NCBI RefSeq assembly: GCF_000143415.4
Contig: NW_003314267.1
Span: forward strand, 3,017,839 to 3,081,838
Origin: Selaginella moellendorffii
Lineage: Eukaryota; Plantae; Lycopodiophyta
DNA length: 64,000 nucleotides
Direction of reading: 5' to 3'
Shown here: positions 23,701 through 33,997 of the stretch, one piece after another
Numbering within the stretch: position 1 is the stretch's first letter
Layout of the letters: each line of letters begins with the position of its first letter
Translations under genes and position numbers: made by a program
Notes under the pieces: generated by a model
The model's database searches: none
What the model saw: only the letters and a program-made list of their open reading frames with translations
What the model was told of the DNA's origin: nothing

Positions 23701-24050
23701 CATAGCTTCAAAACACGAACACGGCATTCAATTTTTTGAACACGAACACAGAACACGGAAATGAACACGGATAAACACGGGTGAAAACACGAATATTCTC
23801 TAGAATATTCTACTTATCACTCCATCTCATCTAAAAGCTCCTCATTAGCAGGATCATCATCTTCGTCTTCGTCCTCTTCTTCCATGGCTTCAATATCAAC
23901 ATCAGTAATTTGAGGAATACTTCCTGTCTGGCTCAAGTCACTTGGAGCATTGACCGAGTCAATGAACACGGCCTGTGTTAACACGGCTGGGGGCCGTGTT
24001 CATGTCACCACGCCAACATGCCGTGGTGCACGGCATGTTTTGAAGCACTG
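23701..24050. mobile_element. 350-bp non-autonomous hAT-type DNA transposon
   Basis: Imperfect 17-bp TIRs CATAGCTTCAAAACACG / rc CAGTGCTTCAAAACATG; 8-bp TSD AACTGAGC (23693-23700) / AACCGAGC (24051-24058); many subterminal AACACG motifs. Confidence 0.85.
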
Positions 24051-24224
24051 AACCGAGCACCAGGGTAGCGATGAACCTAGGATAAAATGTAAATCCAGAA
24101 TGAAACAAGCGCAGCAAACCTGTGCACTGCACTCCTCCCATGTGTGGTAGATCCCAGGCTGCCGTCCACACACATTCTTGGGCGAGTGAAGACTTAGGGT
24201 TCTTGGGTTTAGGGTTTTGTTGCG

Positions 24225-25435
24225 ATGAGCGGCAAATGCGAGGAGTGTGGGCAGAGCGCCGCCAAGTACAAGTGCCCCGGCTGCGGCTTGCGCTCGTGCG
24301 GCTTATCCTGTGTGAAAGCGCACAAGGCTCGAATCGGCTGCACTGGGAAGCGCGATCCGACAGCGTTTGTGAAAATCTCGGATTTCGATGACAATCGGAT
24401 CATGTCGGGTAAGTGGATTCGATTTGCACCTAGTGAGGATTCTTATGTGGAGTTGTAGATTATAATTTTCTCGAGGAGGCTCTGAGAGTGGCTGATGTTG
24501 CGAAGCGATCGAAATATAAGTCTTTTGTGGGAGGCCGCAAGCCGGGCGTGTTGAAGGAGCTGATCTACCAGGCTCGCTTTCGCAAAACCAAGTTTGTTCA
24601 CATGGCAAATGGAATGTCGAGAAGGATAGCTAATACCACGTACTTCAACAGGAAGTAAGCTCTCCCACTTTCCTCCTCACGGATTGTTCTTTGCTAAAGC
24701 TTTAAATGCACTCTAGGCGGAAGTGCATGTACTGGAGAGTTGAATGGATCTTTCATTCCACCGACATTCGCCTTGTTGACGAGAAGTATGTTCATCCCTG
24801 CTCGACTCTTCAAGTGTATTGACTGACACGATTCCTCTATTTTTTCCAGTTTGGACGAGCATGTCAACCTTGGTACCGTGCTTGAGAAACATTTATCGCC
24901 CCAGTCGCACAGTCCGACCGCTCGACACCAATTGCGGGACTTTTTGCAGCAACCAGTAGATCAGCTGAAGCTTCTCTTCAAGAAAGAGCTCGATGATGTA
25001 AGAACTTGTGTGTGTGTTTTGTATCCGGTTGCTAATTCTGGTAACCATCAGGCCAAAGAATCGTACTACGAGCTAAACATCAACGAATCTCTTCGCCAGC
25101 AGCTTTCTTTCAAGACAGTATTGGAGTTTCCAGAGATCAGGGTCGTGCTGCCGTCCGATATAGACAGGTTTTCCATTGTAGAAGAAGAGCCGAAGCCCGT
25201 CAAGCCTGCTGCTTCCCCTGTTAAATCAGTGGCGGAAGAGTTGGTCGAGCAAACTGGTAAGACGTTTCGAGAAGAGGAAATCAAGGACGAAGAGCAGGAC
25301 AAAGAGCAGGACGATATGAAAATGTATGATTTCCTCGGAGATCTACCAGGACAGGCAGACTTACTATGGAAAAGTATGGAGGTCCAGCCGCCAAGTTTGA
25401 TGAATGACGTGGAAGACGGAGAACTCTCGGGCTAG
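24225..25435 (+). CDS. BCD1: Box C/D snoRNA protein 1 (zf-HIT, ZNHIT6-like); exons 24225-24408, 24459-24654, 24717-24785, 24850-24997, 25052-25435
   Basis: CEEC..KYKCPGC..SCGLSCVKAHK..CTGKRD; spliced SDYNFLEE and MYWRVEWIF motifs; all junctions GT-AG and frame-preserving. Confidence 0.92.
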
Positions 25436-25484
25436 TTTCTGGGACACACAGGCTTTCTTTTCCAAAAGTTTTGTAGAATTCGCA

Positions 25485-26045
25485 TTAGAGTTCGATGAAA
25501 GCAAAGAGAACAGATGAGATGAAGATGAGGAGACCAGAGGCCGACAAAACTATGAGGGGAATTCCAGCGCGTTCCGTCCAACTGCTATCACAACTAAAAG
25601 GTCCCAACCTCAGCTCGATGAGACTAATCATAGACAGCATGAGGAAGATCGTCCCAGCGACAGAGCCTATGGCCGATGCCAGCATTCCGAGCCTCAAGAG
25701 GCGGTTGTTAATCTCCGCGGCCTGGGATTCTTCGATGTGTGTGCTGTTGGCGAATATGATGTAGAGCTTGAGTCCGTGAGCTACAAGGCTAGAGAATAGG
25801 AAGGAAGCAAACGCGAGAACTTCGTAAAGAAAAAGGTACTTCACTGCATCGGGTCCGACGGGGCAGTCTGTTTCCAAAGCGGCTGCTTTGGTGCTGGAGA
25901 ATGAGAGGCCCAAGAACACAGCTATGGTGAAGAAGGAATTCACAGCTACGACTTCGTCCAGCGTGGTGACATGAACCTGGGTGGCTCCTTTGAAGGAAAC
26001 CATTCTGCGGGAGGAGCTAGATGGGAGCAGCGTCTTGCCGTCCAT
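25485..26045 (-). CDS. MEE60-like four-TM membrane protein (paralog a)
   Basis: HVTTLDEVVAVNSFFTIAVFLGLS..C..YEVLAFASFLFSSLVAHGLKL..LLRLGMLASAIGSVAG; intronless. Confidence 0.85.
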   Translation of the reverse strand: MDGKTLLPSSSSRRMVSFKGATQVHVTTLDEVVAVNSFFTIAVFLGLSFSSTKAAALETDCPVGPDAVKYLFLYEVLAFASFLFSSLVAHGLKLYIIFANSTHIEESQAAEINNRLLRLGMLASAIGSVAGTIFLMLSMISLIELRLGPFSCDSSWTERAGIPLIVLSASGLLIFISSVLFAFIEL

Positions 26046-26173
26046 TGGGAGAGAACGCAATAGCAAAGGTGTCGAATTACGACAAAGTTCTCGACAGTGA
26101 CAATTCCGTGGGGACCGTGTTTACGTTCTGACCGGGTCACGTTGGAAGAACACGCTGTCTCCCGGGTGCCTTG

Positions 26174-26831
26174 TCAGTGAAGGAAAGCATAAAAGACAGC
26201 CGAGATGAAGATGACAACGCCAGTAGAGACGAGGACGATGAGCGGGACGGCAGCCTGAAGCACCCAGGAATCGCCGCAGACGAGGCTTCCAAATCTCAAC
26301 TGGACGTAGTTGATGAGGGAGAGCATGAGGAAGACGGTTCCAGCGCCAGATCCGACTGCTGACGCGAGTATCCCCAGGCGTAGCAGCTTGTGGTTCATCG
26401 TTGCCGAGTCCACCGAAGCCTCTTTGCTGTTCTTGAAAACCATGAGGAGCTTGAGGCCGTGCGCCACGAGGCTCGAGAACTGGAAGAAGCTGAAAGCGAC
26501 GACTTCGTAGACAATGAGACGCTTGAAAGTGGAGGGGCCGGGGATGCATTCGTGCTTGGCGTCGTTGGGAGAGCCAACGTGGAGGTTGGAGGTGGTGAGC
26601 GTGATGCCGACGAAGACCGCGACAGTGAAGAAGGAATTGACACTTACGACTTCGTCCAGGGCCGTGACGTGAACCTGGCTTGTGCTTGCGCTGAAATGCC
26701 GGCGAATGCTCTCCAGCTCCGATGGAGTTCTACAGCGAGAAAGAACTGCTTGAGGAGGATCAAGTCGGAAGAAGCTGTTACCTGGCTACTCGGTAGGGGA
26801 TTTTGTCCATCGCCTCGCCATCATCTTCCAT
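26174..26831 (-). CDS. MEE60-like four-TM membrane protein (paralog b); intron 26730-26781
   Basis: MEDDGEAMDKIPYRVAR|TPSELESIRRHFSASTSQVHVTALDEVVSVNSFFTVAVFVG..FSSLVAHGLKL..; the ORF track shows only the C-terminal half. Confidence 0.85.
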
Positions 26832-27146
26832 TTTTTGCGGATCGAGCTCTTCGTCAACAGGGCACATAGGAGATTCGCAGATGGTCCAGAGGAATCCAAT
26901 GCTCTTTTACGCCGAGATTAACGGGTGACTTACGGGCAGCGTAAAACTAAAGGACGCTACCGTTTTCGCATGAAAGCTTAAAGAGGAAAGTCCAGATTTA
27001 CGATGACTCTTCAAGCAACGCATGCAAGCTACACGACTAAGATTTAGTAACTTCAGTTTACGGCAGTTGGAAGATCTGAGTTTCTTGGATCCGTATAAAT
27101 TTCGAGCTCAGGAGATGGCACCGCCGCGTCGCGAAACCAACCAACC

Positions 27147-28707
27147 ATGGGTGGAAGAACAACGCAGATTGTTGCGGCCGTTGCGTTTCTATGGCTGGCT
27201 TGTCTAGCTCGCGACCGCACTGCTGGTAAGTCATTCCTTCCTTGTATTATATGTTTCCTCTCGTTCTTATTGAGTCTTGTTTTGCTTGCGTCCATCAGAT
27301 GCACAAGGAATGGGAATCAACTATGGAACTCTTTCAAACGAGATTTTGCGTCCGCCAGAGGCTGTTGGACTGATCAAGGACCTCGGGTTTGACAGAGCCA
27401 AGATCTTTAGTGCCGACTCCTCGATCATCCGGGCGTTTGCAAACAGCGGCGTGAAGTTGTCGGTGATGGTGGCCAACCAGCAAATCCCGGAGATAGCATC
27501 AAGCCAGAGCAGTGCAGACGCATGGGTGAAAAAGAATGTAGCTGCGTACTATCCAAAGACAGCCATAGACTCTGTTCTAGTCGGCAACGAGATTTTATCA
27601 GACAGTAGCATTCGAGAGTCGACTTGGCCGAAGTTGGTTCCGGCGATGGAGAAGATTCAATCAGCGCTTGAGAAGTTTGAGCTAGCAGGTTCCATCAAGG
27701 TGTCAACGCCCCTGGCTTCCGATGCTCTGGGAAACTCTTATCCTCCATCGGCTGGCTCGTTCAAGAGTGACATTGCAGAGTCCATCATCCAGCCGCTTCT
27801 CGAGTTTTTGTCCCGAACGAACTCCTTCTACTGCGGGAACGTCTATCCATACTTTGCTTGGGCTGGCAATCCTGGCGAGATCCCACTCGACTACGCGCTC
27901 TTTGGCTCGCAGCAGGAGGTGGTGAGAGATGGGTCACTCAGCTACACAAACTTGTTTGATGCGATGGTCGATGCCACCATCTCTGCAATCGAGAAGCTCG
28001 GCTTTGGTTCTCTCGATTTTGCTGTGTGCGAGACCGGCTGGCCGAGTAAAGGTGACGGTTCTCAGCCAGGCGCTACAGTCTCCAATGCTGCTCGCTACAA
28101 CAACAGGCTGATCGCGAAGACCCTCAGAGCTCAGGGAACTCCCAAGAAGAGAGGCTACTTTCCGACGTATATCTTCGCTCTCTTCAACGAAAACCTCAAG
28201 AACGGTGCGGTCACTGAGCGGAACTTTGGCGTCACGTATCCGAATGGAGAGCTGGTTTACGCTTTGGATATCGCGGGAGGTGAGCGTGACACCCATGATG
28301 ACACTGGTTCTTCTGGTGGTGGAAATGGTACTGAAAGTCCTCCCGGCGGTGAGAATGGTGGTGATGGAAATGGTAGCACAGGACGGAAGGAATGGTGTGT
28401 TGCCAACTCTGATGCTTCTCAAGCGCCGCTTCAGGCTGCTCTAGATTATGCTTGCTCCAGTGGAGGGGACTGCACTGCGATTCAACCCAACCAGCCGTGC
28501 TTCTTTCCGGAGACGATGGTTTCTCGCGCCTCGTATGCGTTTAGCAGCTACTACAGCAAGATGAAGAGCTCCGGCGGCACTTGCGACTTTAACCAAGCAG
28601 CTCACGTAACCCAAACAGATCCAAGTAAGTTTTTTGTTTTGTTTCTCTTTTCTTACGAGCTTCTTTACGCAGGCTATGGATCTTGTGTCTATCCCAGTCC
28701 AGCATGA
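27147..28707 (+). CDS. Glucan endo-1,3-beta-glucosidase (GH17) with X8/CBM43 domain; introns 27226-27298 and 28625-28672
   Basis: Signal peptide exon; GINYG, VGNE, NVYPYF, ETGWPS, FALFNENLK, ERNFG; WCVA..LQAALDYAC X8 domain. Confidence 0.96.
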
Positions 28708-28839
28708 TCGACTCTTGGACTCTTAACTACTTCAATGGCTGTTGTACATACGAGCGGTTCGTTTATCTTTTATAGACTTACATTGTGTCACGTAACGGTT
28801 TTTAAAGTTCCAAGCCAAGCGCTTTGACAAGCTTTTGTG

Positions 28840-29307
28840 ATGGATTTCAGAGGATCGCCATTGGCTTTGTTCTCTCAGTTGTGGTGGTGTTTGCAGAGAA
28901 TGAGAACGATCCTCCTCGAGTTTCTGTGGTCGAAGGGATCGTCTACTGTCAGGATTGTCAAGGGCATTGGACAAAGAAGATCTCAGGTACTTTGAAAGCT
29001 CCATTCTCACCAGGATTTCCTTCTTCTTTTTCTCTCTTCACAGATGCTCTTGTGAGCGCTGTCTTCAAGAACAAGGCAGGTTGATCACAGCGTACGCCAT
29101 GGACAACAGTGACGACTCTGGTCAAATTTCCAAGCCTCCACCAAGAAAACACGACTTGCCTTGCACAGCTCGTCACAACATCTGACGAGACTTGCAACAA
29201 AACGACCAACGAGGGGGACGGTGCTCAAGGTGCCAAGCTGCGTCCATTCGCTTCTTATTACAACGAGATGTTCTTCAGAGTCGGGCCATTCGCCTTCACT
29301 CCACACT
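28840..29307 (+). pseudogene. Pollen Ole e 1-like gene, damaged copy
   Basis: Same sequence as 31814-32323 with several small deletions and frameshifts; 3' end cut by the duplication junction. Confidence 0.88.
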
Positions 29308-30020
29308 ACGTACTTCAACAGGAAGTAAGCTCTCCTACTTTGCTCCTCACGGATTGTTCTTTGCTAAAGCTTTAAACGCATTCTAGGCGGAAGTGCACGT
29401 CGTTCATTCCACCGACATTTCGCCTTGTTGACGAGAAGTATGTTCATCCCTGCTCGACTCTTCTCGACTCTCCAAGTGTATTGACTAACACAATTCCTCT
29501 ATCTTTTCAAGTTTGGACGAGCATGTCAATCTTGGCACTGTGCTTGAGAAACATTTATCGCCCCAGTCGCACAGTCCGGATCAGCTGAAGCTTCTCGTCG
29601 AGAAAGAGATCGATGACGTAAGAACTTGAGTGTGTTCTTTCTTTATATCCGGCTGCTAATTGTGGTAAACATCAAGCCAGAGAATCTTCCTACGAGCTAA
29701 ACATCAACGAATCTCTTCGCCAACAGCTTTCTTTCAAGACAGTATCGGAGTTTCGTTGTGCTGCCGTCCGATATAGACATTGTAGAAGAAGAGCCGAAGT
29801 CCCGTCAAGCCTGCTGCTTCGCCTGTTAAATCAGTGGCGGAAGAGTTGGTCGAGCAAACCTGTAAGACGTTTCAAGAAGATGAAATCAAGGACGAAGAGC
29901 AGGACGATATGAAGATGTATGATTTCCTGGGAGATCTACCAGGATAGGCAGACTTACTATGGAAAAGTATGGAGGTCCAGCCGCCAAGTTTGATGAATGG
30001 CGTGGAAGACGGAGAACTCT
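29308..30020 (+). pseudogene. 5'-truncated, deletion-riddled BCD1 copy
   Basis: Matches 24638-25428, lacks the zf-HIT exon, has multiple deletions. Confidence 0.92.
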
Positions 30021-30070
30021 GGGACACAGGGAAACGGGCTTTCTTTTCCAAAAGTTTTGTAGAATTCGTA

Positions 30071-30628
30071 TTAGAGTTCGATGAAAGCGAAGAGAACAGA
30101 TGAGATGAAGATGAGGAGACCAGAGGACGACAAAACTATGAAGGGAATTCCAGTGCGTTCCGTCCAGCTGCTATCACAACTAAAAGGTCCCAACCTCAGC
30201 TCGATGAGACTTATCATAGACAGCATGAGGAAGATCGTCCCAGCGACAGAGCCTATGGCCGACGCGAGCATTCCGATCCTCAAGAGGCGGTTGTTAATCT
30301 CCGCGGCCTGGGATTCTTCGATAAGGTTGCTGTTGGCGAATATGATGTAGAGCTTGAGTCCGTGAGCTACAAGGCTAGAGAATAGGAAGGAAGCAAACGC
30401 GAGAACTTCGTAAAGAAGAAGGTACTTCACTGCATCGGGTCCAACGGGGCAGTCTGTTTCCAGATCGGCTGCTTTGGTGCTGGAGAATGAGAGGCCCAAG
30501 AACACAGCTATGGTGAAGAAGGAATTCACAGATACGACTTCGTCCAGCGTGGTGACATGAACCTGGGTGGCTCCTTTGAAGGAAACCATTCTGCGGGAGG
30601 AGCTAGATGGGAGCAGCCTATCGTCCAT
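30071..30628 (-). CDS. MEE60-like protein, intact duplicate of paralog a
   Basis: Open ORF nearly identical to 25485-26045. Confidence 0.82.
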   Translation of the reverse strand: MDDRLLPSSSSRRMVSFKGATQVHVTTLDEVVSVNSFFTIAVFLGLSFSSTKAADLETDCPVGPDAVKYLLLYEVLAFASFLFSSLVAHGLKLYIIFANSNLIEESQAAEINNRLLRIGMLASAIGSVAGTIFLMLSMISLIELRLGPFSCDSSWTERTGIPFIVLSSSGLLIFISSVLFAFIEL

Positions 30629-30745
30629 TGGGAGAGAACGAAGTGGCAAAGGTGTCGAATCGCGTAACAATCGAACTTAAAGTTCTCGACAGTGACAATT
30701 CCGTGGGGACCGTGTTTACGTTCTGACTGGGTTGCGTTTCGTCCG

Positions 30746-31236
30746 GGAGAGCATTCGCCGGCATTCCAGCGCGAGCACAGGCCAGGTTCACGTCATGGCA
30801 CTGGACGAAGTCGTAAGTGTCAATTCCTTCTTCACGGCATCAGCATCACACTCACCACCTCCAGCCTACATGTTGGCTCTTGCAACGACGCCAAGCACGA
30901 CTGCATCCCCGGCCCCTCCACTTTCAAGCGTCTCATTGTCTGGGAAGTCATTGCTTTCAACTTCTTCCAGTTGTCGAGCCTCGTGGCGCACGGTCTCAAG
31001 CTCCTCATGGTTTCAAGCACAGCAAAGAGGCTTCGGTGGACTCGGCAACCATGAAACCACAAGCTGCTATACTCGCGTCAGCAGTCGGATCTGGCGTTGG
31101 AACCGCTCTCCCTCATCAACTACGCCCAGTTGAGATTTGGAAGCCTCGTCTGCGGCGATTCCTGGGTGCTTCAGGCTGCCGTCCCGCTCATCGTTCTCGT
31201 CTCTACTGGCGTTGTCATCTTCATCTCGGCTGTCTT
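30746..31236 (+). pseudogene. Inverted, frameshifted copy of MEE60-like paralog b
   Basis: ESIRRHSSASTGQVHVMALDEVVSVNSFFT then frameshifts; orientation opposite to 26174-26831. Confidence 0.9.
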
Positions 31237-31480
31237 CTGGATGACTTGTCAGTGAAGGAAAGCATACGAGAGAGCGTGTTCTTCTCGAGGAGGATCAAGT
31301 CGGAAGAAGTACCTGGATACTCGGTAGGGGATTTTGTCCACGTCTTCCATTTTTGGCGGAACTGCTTTTTACGTCGAGATTAGTGGGTTAAAGCACTCTA
31401 CCAGCTTAAAGACCATGTATATTTGCAAATAATGTTCTAAAAATGGAATGACACCAGATGATTTACGATGACACTTCAAG

Positions 31481-31720
31481 GAATGGTGTATTGCCAATTC
31501 TGATGCTTCTCAAGCGGCCATTCAATCTGCTCTAGATTATGCTTGCTCCAGTGGAGGGGGGGACTGATGCTTCTTTCCGGAAACGATGGTTTCTCACGCC
31601 TCGTATGTGTTTAGCAGCTACTACAGCAAGATGAAGAGATTGCAACTTACCCAAACAGATCCAAGTAAGTATTTTCTTTTTCTACGCAGGCTATGGATCT
31701 TGTGTCCACCCCAGTGCATC
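31481..31720 (+). pseudogene. X8-domain remnant of the duplicated GH17 gene (catalytic domain deleted)
   Basis: Matches pieces of 28390-28707. Confidence 0.88.
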
Positions 31721-31813
31721 ATGATCGACTCTTGGACTCTTAACCATCGTGTCACGTCTTTGCAAACTTGGGCTTTTAAAGTTTCGAGCCAAGCGCATTG
31801 ACAAGCTTTTGTG

Positions 31814-32323
31814 ATGGATTTCAGAGGATTGCCATTGGCTTTGTTGGCGCTCTCAATTGTGGTGGTGTTTGCAGAGAATGAGAACGATCCCCCTCCAGTT
31901 TCTGTGGTCGAAGGAATCGTCTACTGTCAGGATTGTCAAGGGCACTGGACAAAGAAGATCTCAGGTACTACTTTGAAAGTTCCATTCTCACCAGGATTTC
32001 CTTCTTCTTTTTCTGTCTTCACAGATGCTCTTGTGAGCGTTGTCTGCAAGGACAAGGCAGGCTTGATCACAGCGTACGCCATGGACAACAGCGACGACTC
32101 CGGTTACTTCCAGATCAAAGTTCCAAACTACGACTGCCTCCACCAAGAAAACACGACTTGCGTTGCACAGCTCGTCACAACATCCGACGAGACTTGCAAC
32201 AAAATGACCAACGAGGGAGACGGTGCTCAAGGTGCCAAGCTGCGTCCATTCACTTCTTATTACAACGAGATGTTCTTCAGAGTCGGGCCATTCGCCTTCA
32301 CTCCTTACACTTGCAACGAGTAA
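31814..32323 (+). CDS. Pollen Ole e 1 allergen/extensin-family secreted protein; intron 31965-32024
   Basis: Signal peptide; VEGIVYCQDC, VSVVC, SDDSGYF, CVAQLVTTSDETC, VGPFAFTP. Confidence 0.9.
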   Translation: MDFRGLPLALLALSIVVVFAENENDPPPVSVVEGIVYCQDCQGHWTKKISGTTLKVPFSPGFPSSFSVFTDALVSVVCKDKAGLITAYAMDNSDDSGYFQIKVPNYDCLHQENTTCVAQLVTTSDETCNKMTNEGDGAQGAKLRPFTSYYNEMFFRVGPFAFTPYTCNE

Positions 32324-32384
32324 AAGCTAAAGAATGTGTCAAGGATGTCAGCTTTTTTACATACACACTTTGGAGAAATCATTT

Positions 32385-33777
32385 CTAGATGCTCGACTCG
32401 CTCGATTTTGCTCCAAAGATCCGGTTGAGTATTGACGCCAGCCTGACCCCACCTTGAGCTAGACGTTGCTCCACGATTGGAAGACGTGATGAGAAGTAGT
32501 CATCTATGTAAACAATCAGTGAGAAATTGTCCTCGGAAGAAAACTAGAACGATTTGAAAGTGATGACTGACCTTCGAGATAGGTTCCTTCGAGGGCGTCT
32601 TTGTAAGCCCATCTGCAAGAAGTATGTATACTTTCTGTGGCATAGCTGCACGAGGAAGAACAAGCAAAGAAGTGTGGTTAATAGCTCAAACTCGAGGAGA
32701 TTATTTTACCTGTCAATACAAGCCTCTGGATCGGTCTCACACCTGCTCCACGCATCAAAGTTTTCCTTCTGGAAGAAAAAAGATAACACGTTGTTTTCAA
32801 GCAAGCCAGAAGAAACTAGGTCGAGTTCTTACGGTTATGCTCATGCTTATGTTACGAAGCATCCTGAAAATGTCGTGGTAGTATAGACGCTTGGCTCTAT
32901 CAATAAATTCGGTATCCCAGATCTGGCACACAAAAAGTCAGCACAAACAGAAAATTATGTTCGCTTGAGGATCATAAACTTACATGGTGTAAGTTTGCCT
33001 TTCGTCCAAACCAGTGGACATGGACGCCATTCCCTCCAGCATCAGCCGTAAAGGCTACGTGCAGAGGCTATACACAAAAACGCATGTTTTAGATCCTTTC
33101 GAGAAAGAGAAAAGGAAAAAAAGAAAAAAAGAAAAAACAAAGACCAACCTGGTGGATGTCTCCAACATAGTGAGCCAGGAAGAGCAGTGCCTCGGTCAAG
33201 TTATCTGGATTTGAGAAAGAACATGAGATACTCAACACGGATCCAGCGAAGAACTTACATGATTTGTGCAAAGAGAGCTTTGCTTCCTGAAATGTTTCTA
33301 GCTGCCGTGAGTAATTGTTGATAGCACCGGCGACACACATATCCTTTTCTCCACGAGAATCGTGGCAGTCCCCTACGGAAAACCACGCAAGGCCATGAAA
33401 CTACCAAAGAAGGAAGTTTCCAAAGAGCTTACGATCGTAGTCATAGCCACAGAGATTGTCGGGCGTGTCAATGTAGTGTAGCGGGCCAGTCCATCGAAAT
33501 CTATATGATCTGCGAATATCATCCGCCCAGGAGCACAATTCTGGCAAATCTCGTCCAGGGAGAAGCTCCTCCAGAGCGGCCTTCGATTCGGAGCTAAGGA
33601 AAGGCTGCAAAAGGAAAGAAGAAAACTATGAATCTCCAAACGAATTGGAAATAAGCGCTGTACCTCCGCGATCATACAAGTGAGACGATGGCCTTCTCGC
33701 CCCCACGCCGCAGCTCCCACTGCTATGGAAGCAATCAAGATCACACACAGCGCCATTCCATACGCCTTCTCCGCCAT
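32385..33777 (-). CDS. S1/P1 nuclease (plant ENDO/BFN family), multi-exon
   Basis: Signal peptide then WGREGH; CSWADDIR; LHYIDTPD; NLTEALLFLAHYVGDIHQ; C-terminal DYFSSRLPIVEQRLAQGGVRLASILNRIF. Confidence 0.95.
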
Positions 33778-33997
33778 GGCTCCTTACGCGAAGCCCTTGA
33801 AAATCCCCCTTTTTTTTGCGCTTAGAAAACGCTTAGATATGCTTGCTGCTACGGCAAGAAGGATCGACCGGTAGCGAAAAGGATGGAGAGCTTCCATTCG
33901 ATCACGCATTGGCATTCGATAGCGCATTGGCAAGAAAGCTTCCAAAAGCTTTAGCTCGATGGACAAAGCCATGAGTAAACCCTAAATATCGGGGACG
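33778..33997. promoter_or_regulatory. Putative bidirectional promoter ENDO/SIEL
   Basis: 220 bp between divergent ATGs; two tandem 18-bp units each ending ATTGG (33895-33930); telo-box AAACCCTAA 33977-33985. Confidence 0.55.

Noticed and set aside
23710-23800. Clustered AACACG repeats as a CRISPR-like array
   Set aside because: Eukaryotic context, irregular spacing, and explained as hAT subterminal repeats.
14331-24172. 85-bp TG..CA direct repeats (14331-14415, 24088-24172) as LTRs of the copia element
   Set aside because: Similarity extends past both putative ends, there is no PBS, PPT or TSD, and the second copy is immediately upstream of BCD1.
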